From an uncultured Oscillospiraceae bacterium (lineage in GTDB: Bacteria > Bacillota > Clostridia > Oscillospirales > Oscillospiraceae), in assembly GCA_963560135.1 (NCBI GenBank), contig CAUWNA010000040.1, positions 9,734 through 73,733 of the forward strand: a DNA stretch of 64,000 nucleotides, given 5' to 3'. Below are positions 57,465 through 64,000 of this stretch, piece after piece. Below the pieces are notes generated by a model. That model saw only the letters and a list, made by a program, of their open reading frames with translations. It searched no databases and was not told the origin of the DNA. Numbering within the stretch: the stretch's first letter is position 1; every line of letters begins with the position of its first letter. Made by a program: the position numbers and the translations under genes.

Positions 57465-59735
57465 TTATTGCACCTTTTTCAAATATTTCGCGGTTGCCGA
57501 ATCAACACATTCCAGCAGCTGCTGTGGAGTACCTTCAAAGAGGATTTGACCGCCCTGTTCGCCGCTGGAGGGGCCCAGGTCGATGATCCAGTCTGCGGCG
57601 GCGATCAGGTCCAGGCGGTGTTCGATCATCACTACGGTATTGCCCTCTTCCACCAGCCGCTGCAGCAGTGCCAGCAGGCTCTGCACATCCTGGGCGTGCA
57701 TTCCAACAGACGGCTCATCCAGAACATACACATTTCCCTGCTCCGTCAATTTGCTGGCCAGTTTCAGCCGCTGGATCTCGCCGCCGGACAGGGTGCTGGT
57801 GGGCTGGCCCAGCGCCAGATACCCCAGTCCCACATCGGCAAGGCTCTTGAGCAGGGAGAGGATCTTCTTCTCCCGGAAGAAGGCCATGGCCTCCTGTACC
57901 GTCAGATCCATCACCTGCTCGATATTCTTGCCCTGATAAGTATAGCTCAAGGCTTTGGCGTTGTAGCGATGGCCGCCGCATTCTTCACAGCGGATGGCCA
58001 CCGGGTCAGCAAAGGCCACATCCGGGGTGATCTCCCCCTTGCCTTTGCAAGCGGGGCAGGCCCCCTTGGAGTTAAAGCTGAACCACTCCGGCCCCACGCC
58101 GTTGGCCTTGGCAAAGGCCTTGCGGATCTCATCCATTGCCCCCACATAAGTCGCCGGGGTGGAGCGGCTGGAAGTGCCGATGGGCTTCTGGTCGATGCGG
58201 ATCACATCCGGATACTGCTCCGGGAATTCCTCGCTGATCAGACTGCTTTTCCCGGAACCGGCCACACCGGAAACCGCTGTAAGGGTCCCCTTGGGAATGG
58301 CCACAGTGACATTTTTCAGATTGTTCCGGGTGGCGTTTCGGATCCACAAGGCCTCCTGCCAGGGCCGGGGAGATCGGTTGAGCATGATCTTCTGCTGCAT
58401 GGCACGCCCCGTCAAGGTATCCGCTTGCAGCAGCTGCTCCAGCGAACCCTGAAAGACGATTTCTCCCCCGCTGCTGCCAGCCTCCGGGCCCAGCTCGATG
58501 ATCTCATCGGCCATGGCGATCAGATCCCGGTTGTGTTCCACCACCAGCACGGTGTTATGTCCACTGCGCAGCCGCTGCATCAGCGTTCCCACCCGGGCTG
58601 CGTCCTGCGGATGCAGCCCGGCGGTCGGCTCGTCAAATACATAGGTCAGATTGCTCAGGCTGCTGCCAAGACAGCGCACCATTTTTAGCCGCTGGCTTTC
58701 GCCGCCGGAAAGGGTGTCCGTCCGCCGCCCCAGGCTGAGATAGCCCAGCCCCACGGTGACCATATTTTCCAGGCTGGTGAGGATCTGTTTGGCGATGGAC
58801 GCCCCTACCGGAGCGGCGATCTGCTTCAGCACCGGGATCAGCTCTGTCACTTCCATCCGGTAGTAATCGGCAATGTTATAGCCGTCAATTTTGGATGCCA
58901 GTGCCTTCGGATTCAATCCCGTCCCGCCGCAGCAGGGGCAGGGGGCTTTCTCCACAAAGCGCAGCACCTCCTCCTGTACCGCCTGCTTCTGGCGGCTCAG
59001 GTCCCGGTTCAGGTAGAGCCGGTTGAAGCGGGGGATGATCCCTTCGTATTTCAGCTTGGAGACGGTACCGACTTTGTTGTTGATCATCTCCATTTCCAGC
59101 GGTTCTGCCGGGCCATAGCAAAGATCCTGCCATTCCTGCGGGGAAAAATCCTTCAGCTTCTTATTGGAATCATACCGCGGACACTCCCGGTAAAACCAGC
59201 CCTGCCAGCTGCCCCCGGCGAAGGGAGAAAAGCGGATGCCCCCTTCCCGGATGGATTTTTCCGGGTCAAACAGGGCGCTTTCTTTCAGCTGGACCCGCTC
59301 TCCCAGGCCGGTACATTCCTGGCACATTCCCAGCGGATGGTTGAAAGAATAGGCTGTGGCCCCGCCTGCACTGGGCTGGCCCAGCCGGGAAAACAGCAGC
59401 CGGATCAGCGGCGCAATGTCCGTGACCGTGCCTACAGTGGAGCGGCTGTTGGCACCGATGCCCTTTTGATCGACCACGATGGCCGGAGTCAGGTTGCGGA
59501 TATAGTCCACCGCCGGCCGCTCATAGCCCGGCATCCGGTTGCGGATGTACAGCGGATAGGTACTCTGCCACTGACGGCTGCTCTCCACCGCTAGCGTGTC
59601 AAATACCAGTGAGCTTTTTCCCGAGCCGGAAACCCCTGCAAACACCACCAGCTTCTCCTTGGGGATCCGCACCGTAATATGCTTCAAATTGTTTTCCGAC
59701 GCACCTGCAATTTCAATCGGTTCCTGTTCGTACAT
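57465..59735 (-). CDS. UvrA-like ABC ATPase paralog (short form, no UvrB-binding domain)
   Basis: 756 aa. Two Walker A sites (GVSGSGKSS, GVAGSGKSS), two signatures (LSGGESQRL, LSGGEIQRL), and zinc modules CQECTGLG, CPCCGGTG and CPACKGKG..CEECGG. About 180 aa shorter than canonical UvrA. Confidence 0.88.
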   Translation of the reverse strand: MYEQEPIEIAGASENNLKHITVRIPKEKLVVFAGVSGSGKSSLVFDTLAVESSRQWQSTYPLYIRNRMPGYERPAVDYIRNLTPAIVVDQKGIGANSRSTVGTVTDIAPLIRLLFSRLGQPSAGGATAYSFNHPLGMCQECTGLGERVQLKESALFDPEKSIREGGIRFSPFAGGSWQGWFYRECPRYDSNKKLKDFSPQEWQDLCYGPAEPLEMEMINNKVGTVSKLKYEGIIPRFNRLYLNRDLSRQKQAVQEEVLRFVEKAPCPCCGGTGLNPKALASKIDGYNIADYYRMEVTELIPVLKQIAAPVGASIAKQILTSLENMVTVGLGYLSLGRRTDTLSGGESQRLKMVRCLGSSLSNLTYVFDEPTAGLHPQDAARVGTLMQRLRSGHNTVLVVEHNRDLIAMADEIIELGPEAGSSGGEIVFQGSLEQLLQADTLTGRAMQQKIMLNRSPRPWQEALWIRNATRNNLKNVTVAIPKGTLTAVSGVAGSGKSSLISEEFPEQYPDVIRIDQKPIGTSSRSTPATYVGAMDEIRKAFAKANGVGPEWFSFNSKGACPACKGKGEITPDVAFADPVAIRCEECGGHRYNAKALSYTYQGKNIEQVMDLTVQEAMAFFREKKILSLLKSLADVGLGYLALGQPTSTLSGGEIQRLKLASKLTEQGNVYVLDEPSVGMHAQDVQSLLALLQRLVEEGNTVVMIEHRLDLIAAADWIIDLGPSSGEQGGQILFEGTPQQLLECVDSATAKYLKKVQ

Positions 59736-59744
59736 GGCAGTTCC

Positions 59745-60887
59745 TTATCCCAGCAGCTGGGCGGCCTGCTGCATCCGCTGCACGATGTTGACACGGAAGG
59801 GGCAGCGCTGTTCGCAGCCGCCGCAGCCGATGCATTCAGAGGCCGGATGTTCCAGCTCCTGATAGTGGGCCTGGATGGACTGGGGGACTTGGGGCTGCAT
59901 GGCGGCCAAGTCGTAGAGCTTGTTGACCATGGCGATGTCAATGTCCTTGGGGCAGGGCTTGCAGTGGCCGCAATAGGTACACTGGCCGGAGTAGGCGTGC
60001 AGTGGTGCGTTGGCCAGCACGGTGGCGTAGTCCCGCTCCTCCTGGGTGGCGGTTTCGTAGGCCACCGCCTGACGGACATGATCCGGCGTGTCAAATCCCA
60101 CCATGATCGAGGTCACCGAGGGACGGGTCAGGGCGTAGTGGATGCACTGCACCGGTGTCAGGGCCACGCCGAAGGGGGAGTGCGCTGCGTCCAGCAGCCG
60201 GCCGCCGGCGTAACCCTTCATCACTGTCATGCCCACGCCCCTGCTTTCGCAGAGCTTGTACAGTTCCGCCCGCTGGGGATCCAGGCCGCCGAGAGAAGCG
60301 TCATACTGCTCCTCAAAATAGTCGTCAATGTTCTCCGTAGCCGGCAGCATATCAAAGGCCGGATTCACGCTGAACAGCAGCATCTCCACGATCCCGCTTT
60401 CCACCGCCTTGCGGGCCATGGCCGGGTTGTGGGTACTCATGCCGATGTGGCGGATCACGCTCTGGGCCTTCAGCTGCTGGACATATGGGAGGAAGGGGCC
60501 GTCCACAATGGCCTGCCAGTCCTTTTCGCTGTCCACATAGTGGATCATGCCTAGGTCGATGTAATCCGTCCCCAACCGCCGCAGCAGATCCTCGAAGGCG
60601 GGGACCACCTTGTCCATGTCCCGGGTTTTCACATACTGCCCATCCTGCCAGGTAGAGCCGATGTGGCCCTGAATGTACCACTTCTCCCGCCGCCCAGCCA
60701 GCGCCTTGCCGATGTTCGTCCGGACATTGGGTTCGCTCATCCAGCAGTCGAGAATGTTGATGCCGTGCTGTTCACAGGCATCCACCACCGCCCGGCACTC
60801 ATCCGCATCATGCCGCTCCAGCCACTCACCCCCAAGCCCGATCTCACTGACCATCAGGCCCGTTTTTCCAAGTTTTCTGTATTGCAT
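59745..60887 (-). CDS. Aldo/keto reductase fused to a C-terminal 2x[4Fe-4S] ferredoxin-like domain
   Basis: MQYRKLGKTGLMVSEIGLGG AKR N-terminus. C-terminal CTYCGHCKPCP and CIGCGGCEQRCP motifs. AAGGAG RBS before the ATG at 60887. The stop codon is 9 nt before the uvrA-like start. Confidence 0.85.
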   Translation of the reverse strand: MQYRKLGKTGLMVSEIGLGGEWLERHDADECRAVVDACEQHGINILDCWMSEPNVRTNIGKALAGRREKWYIQGHIGSTWQDGQYVKTRDMDKVVPAFEDLLRRLGTDYIDLGMIHYVDSEKDWQAIVDGPFLPYVQQLKAQSVIRHIGMSTHNPAMARKAVESGIVEMLLFSVNPAFDMLPATENIDDYFEEQYDASLGGLDPQRAELYKLCESRGVGMTVMKGYAGGRLLDAAHSPFGVALTPVQCIHYALTRPSVTSIMVGFDTPDHVRQAVAYETATQEERDYATVLANAPLHAYSGQCTYCGHCKPCPKDIDIAMVNKLYDLAAMQPQVPQSIQAHYQELEHPASECIGCGGCEQRCPFRVNIVQRMQQAAQLLG

Positions 60888-61067
60888 ATTGGGACACTCC
60901 TTTGCTGTGTATTGCATTTGTGGGGTTATTTTACTATATCCTTTGGGGAAATACAACCCATGCTACGCAAAGAACCGGAAGACTGATCTACAGCACACCC
61001 GGTTCCTATACTGCTGAACACCACCTGTGGTGCAGATATTTTCCCTAAGACGGGAAAAATAGTAGAT

Positions 61068-62327
61068 TTAGGCCCTCGCCAATTTCTCTTTCAGCTCCTT
61101 GCTCATATTGATTGCCACAAAGCCGAGAATGGCAGCCATGGCAAACAACGCACTGCCCATGATAAAAGCTCCCTTGAAGGTACCTGTCAGGTCGTAGAAC
61201 AGGCCAATGGTGAAGCACAGGCCACCGCCGATGATGCTGTTGGCAACCATCATCACAGCCCAAATTTCGGAATAATCCCGATCTCCCACAACGGTACGGG
61301 CCAGCAGCGGGCACTGCACGGTGTACATGGTATTTCCCAGTCCCACCAGGAACACTGCCGGCAGCACAAACATCGGATTGCGGTAGCTCATAAACATCAT
61401 GCTGTATCCCAGGACTGTTGTCACAACGCCCCAGCCGATGCCCGCCTTGACACCATAACGGTCATTGATCCGGCCAACCGCCATGCTGCTGAAAATGGTT
61501 CCCAAATTCAGTGCGACACCGACGATCGATCCGAAGGTAATGCTCTGCTTTAATTCCAGCGTTGCAAAGGTCTGGGTATTGTAGGCCACACCACTGCCGT
61601 AGCTGAAACAGATACAGGCCAGCCAGGCAATATAGAACATGGGAAGCTTCATCGCCTGTTTTTTGGTCAAACCAACGCTGCCCTTGCCGGAAGATGAGCC
61701 CAAATTCACCTGCGCCTCTTCCCCTGCGCCATAGGCAAAGCACCCAACCTCCTGGGGTCTGCGGATGATGGCAAACACAGCCGGCACTGTAACCACAGCG
61801 GCGATTGCTGCCATAATCAGGTAGCTGATTCGCCAGCCGAAATGGTTGATGAGCTGTCCGGTCAGCAGGCTGTACAGCGTCGTCGCCACACTGCCGGTTG
61901 CCATCACCGTACCCAGGACCGTGCCTGTATTCTTCTTAAACCACATATTGATCACGACCGGGATCGCCACAAAGCCGGTAAACGCCTGGGCCAGACCGAT
62001 AATAGCACCGGAGATGTAGAACATCACCACATTATGGTAGGTGGACATCATCCCAAGGCCGACCACCTGGATCAATGCTGCCGTTCCCATGATCTTACCG
62101 ATGTTTTTTGTATTCAGAAACTTTGCAGCTGTTGTGTACAACAGGGCCATTGCCACTGCGTTGATGCTGGTATACGCCGTCAACGCGCTGACACCACACC
62201 CCAGCTCTTTCACGATCGGCGTTACAAAATTTCCCATTGCGGACATGGTCATGCCGTCGATGCCGATTTTTATCAAGATGCACGCCAGCATAACCTTCCA
62301 AGCGTAGTGTTTTTTGTCATTCTTCAT
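61068..62327 (-). CDS. MFS transporter (OFA-like), paralog 1
   Basis: 419 aa with 12 predicted TM segments. Roughly 60 percent identical by eye to the adjacent paralog. Confidence 0.85.
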   Translation of the reverse strand: MKNDKKHYAWKVMLACILIKIGIDGMTMSAMGNFVTPIVKELGCGVSALTAYTSINAVAMALLYTTAAKFLNTKNIGKIMGTAALIQVVGLGMMSTYHNVVMFYISGAIIGLAQAFTGFVAIPVVINMWFKKNTGTVLGTVMATGSVATTLYSLLTGQLINHFGWRISYLIMAAIAAVVTVPAVFAIIRRPQEVGCFAYGAGEEAQVNLGSSSGKGSVGLTKKQAMKLPMFYIAWLACICFSYGSGVAYNTQTFATLELKQSITFGSIVGVALNLGTIFSSMAVGRINDRYGVKAGIGWGVVTTVLGYSMMFMSYRNPMFVLPAVFLVGLGNTMYTVQCPLLARTVVGDRDYSEIWAVMMVANSIIGGGLCFTIGLFYDLTGTFKGAFIMGSALFAMAAILGFVAINMSKELKEKLARA

Positions 62328-62351
62328 TTTACAGCCTCTTATTCAAAAAAT

Positions 62352-63623
62352 TTACATCGTCTGACATTTGCTTTTCCGGCTAAGATTCATTGCCGTACAT
62401 CCCAGCAAGCTAGCTACCGTATAAAACCCAATTGCCATAACAAATGCGCCAGAAAAACTGCCAAACTTGTCATAGAACAGGCCAATTGTAGAATACAGTC
62501 CTCCACCGATCAGGCTGTTAACCATCATCATTCGTGACCAAATTCCAGAGTATTCTCGACTTCCGACAATGCTTCTGGCTAGCAACGGGCACTGTACCAT
62601 ATACATGCTGTTGCCCAATCCCACTAAAAATACTGCTGGATACACGATAGCAGGATTTCGGAAACTTAAAAACGCCGTACCATAGCCCAGTGCTGTAGTG
62701 ACTGTTCCCCACATTAGGCCAGCCTTAACACCAAACCGGTCATTGATTTTACCAACAACCAAACTGCTTAACGTTCCACCAAAGCCAAATACCACACCCA
62801 CTGTTGCGCCAAAGTTGATGCTCTGCCTCAACTCCATGGTCACAAAAGGTGTAAAATAACCGGATACACCACAGCTGTAGCTATACATGATACAGGCAAT
62901 CCATGCAATGTACAGCAATGGCAGACGAAATGCCTGCTTTTGGGTCAATCCGCACATTCCTGTGTCTGTGGACACCGTAGCTCCTTCCGGATCTGTTTCC
63001 TCTGCTCCATAGGGCTTACAGCCAACCTCCTCCGGCGTTTTTATCAAGAAAAACACCGCCGGAATCGAGATACAAGCCGCCGCAAGAGCCATGATCAGGT
63101 ACGAAAGGCGCCAACCCAAGTGGGTAATCATTTGGGCTGTCATCAGCGAATACACCATGGAAACCGCTGTCCCAATCGCCACCACGCTTCCCAAAACCGT
63201 GCCATTATTTTTGCGGAACCACATATTGATTACGATCGGCAGTGCCACAAAACCGGTAAAGGCATTGCCTGCGCCGATGATCGTTCCGGACAGGCAGAAC
63301 ATTGCAGGGGTCTTGTAGGTTGCCATCAACGCCAGTCCCACCACTTCTGCAATTGATGCAAAGCCCATAATTTTACCAATATGGCGTGTATTCAGCCACT
63401 TGGCCGCTGTCGTATACAGAAGCGCCATCGAAATGGCATTGAAATTTGTATAGGCCGTAAGTTCGCTGACCTGGCAGCCAAGCTCCTGGACGATGGGTGT
63501 GACAAAGTTTCCCATTGCCACACCCGTCAGTCCCCCAGTTCCAAGCTTGATCAGGATGCAGGCAAAAACCACTTTCCAGGCATAATGCACTTTTTTCTTA
63601 CCCATATTCTCTGCCTTTTTCAC
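62352..63623 (-). CDS. MFS transporter (OFA-like), paralog 2
   Basis: 423 aa from a GTG start that overlaps the upstream stop codon (GTGA). An alternative ATG lies at 63605. Visibly more AT-rich than paralog 1. Confidence 0.85.
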   Translation of the reverse strand: MKKAENMGKKKVHYAWKVVFACILIKLGTGGLTGVAMGNFVTPIVQELGCQVSELTAYTNFNAISMALLYTTAAKWLNTRHIGKIMGFASIAEVVGLALMATYKTPAMFCLSGTIIGAGNAFTGFVALPIVINMWFRKNNGTVLGSVVAIGTAVSMVYSLMTAQMITHLGWRLSYLIMALAAACISIPAVFFLIKTPEEVGCKPYGAEETDPEGATVSTDTGMCGLTQKQAFRLPLLYIAWIACIMYSYSCGVSGYFTPFVTMELRQSINFGATVGVVFGFGGTLSSLVVGKINDRFGVKAGLMWGTVTTALGYGTAFLSFRNPAIVYPAVFLVGLGNSMYMVQCPLLARSIVGSREYSGIWSRMMMVNSLIGGGLYSTIGLFYDKFGSFSGAFVMAIGFYTVASLLGCTAMNLSRKSKCQTM

Positions 63624-63982
63624 CGTGTTCCCGCCTCCACAAATCCCTCGTAGGACTGGGTAATATAGGTGTTGAACGATGCCTTATACGCTTCGGTGTG
63701 CATACTCTCCGATGCCATAAAAAAGTACTGGAACATTACAAATACGATCATCATTCCCACCAAAGACCGCATTCCAATGTGATCTTTGAAGAAAGGCAGA
63801 ATCTCTCTAAGGGTCGTGTCAGACAGGAAGATCGCAGGACTCAGCATCCACAAAAACAGGATCAGCGTAGAAATCTTCATCACAACGGCATCCCACTGCC
63901 CGCAGGGAATCAGCGGCGGCGTAGTCATTCCGATGATCAAAAACCCGAAACAAGCGATGTAATACAGCGTTGCCAAAGTCAT
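63620..63982 (-). CDS. Hypothetical small membrane protein
   Basis: 120 aa with about 4 hydrophobic segments, translationally coupled to MFS paralog 2. The start lies near the window edge, so the true N-terminus is uncertain. Confidence 0.45.
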   Translation of the reverse strand: MTLATLYYIACFGFLIIGMTTPPLIPCGQWDAVVMKISTLILFLWMLSPAIFLSDTTLREILPFFKDHIGMRSLVGMMIVFVMFQYFFMASESMHTEAYKASFNTYITQSYEGFVEAGTR

Positions 63983-64000
63983 TTTCCACGGCGTTCCAGA

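Noticed and set aside
56008-57488. 14/16 direct repeat: CCTTTTGCAAATATCT at 56008-56023 and CCTTTTTCAAATATTT at 57473-57488. It brackets the element remnant and looks like an attL/attR pair.
   Set aside because: Both copies lie in native coding sequence: FCKYL of the Fe-S protein on the plus strand, and the conserved KYLKK C-terminus of the UvrA-like protein on the minus strand. The shared core AAATAT(T)T is a palindromic, AT-rich Lys-Tyr-Leu coding string. Chance similarity is therefore the more economical explanation, and there is no integrase to support att sites.

Overview
This 64 kb chromosomal window comes from a high-GC, Gram-positive anaerobe. Gene content and order suggest Clostridia, probably the Oscillospiraceae/Ruminococcaceae group around Faecalibacterium, Gemmiger and Subdoligranulum; that placement is an inference from protein families, not a database hit.

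Most of the window is housekeeping:
- rnfCDGEAB (minus strand)
- a rubredoxin/desulfoferrodoxin pair
- a glycine-riboswitch-controlled sodium:alanine/glycine symporter
- the acetylase branch of diaminopimelate synthesis (dapH, deacetylase, aminotransferase) plus an asparaginase
- a CBS-domain family II pyrophosphatase
- holB and ricT
- an LtaS-like sulfatase, degV, a CDF transporter and nrdR
- the long minus-strand block glgC-glgD-glgA / rimP-nusA-ylxR-ylxQ-infB-rbfA-nrnA-truB-ribF
- gluQ, prmA, two M16 peptidases and lgt

Five things stand out.
1. A modular family of intergenic repeats built from GC hairpins fills four loci, about 2.3 kb in total. At least eight copies of an 85-90 nt core all lie on the same strand. 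One module is split by a 233 bp MITE-like insertion with perfect 15 bp terminal inverted repeats and a 5 bp target duplication. Another module supplies the last codons and the stop codon of truB.
2. A 48-aa Cys/Gly/Asn-rich transmembrane micropeptide gene lies downstream of the riboswitch-controlled symporter. It is too short to appear in the ORF track.
3. From about 55.6 kb the sequence is visibly more AT-rich and looks like a decayed mobile-element remnant: a truncated 4Fe-4S membrane protein gene, an excisionase-type HTH, a replication-type HTH, and a hairpin/iteron region.
4. Next to that island is a cluster coupling a short UvrA paralog to an Fe-S aldo/keto reductase, with two tandem MFS paralogs upstream.
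5. A membrane-anchored XRE regulator is frameshifted.

I found no tRNA or rRNA genes and no CRISPR array. Many long ORFs in the track are antisense artefacts of the high GC content.
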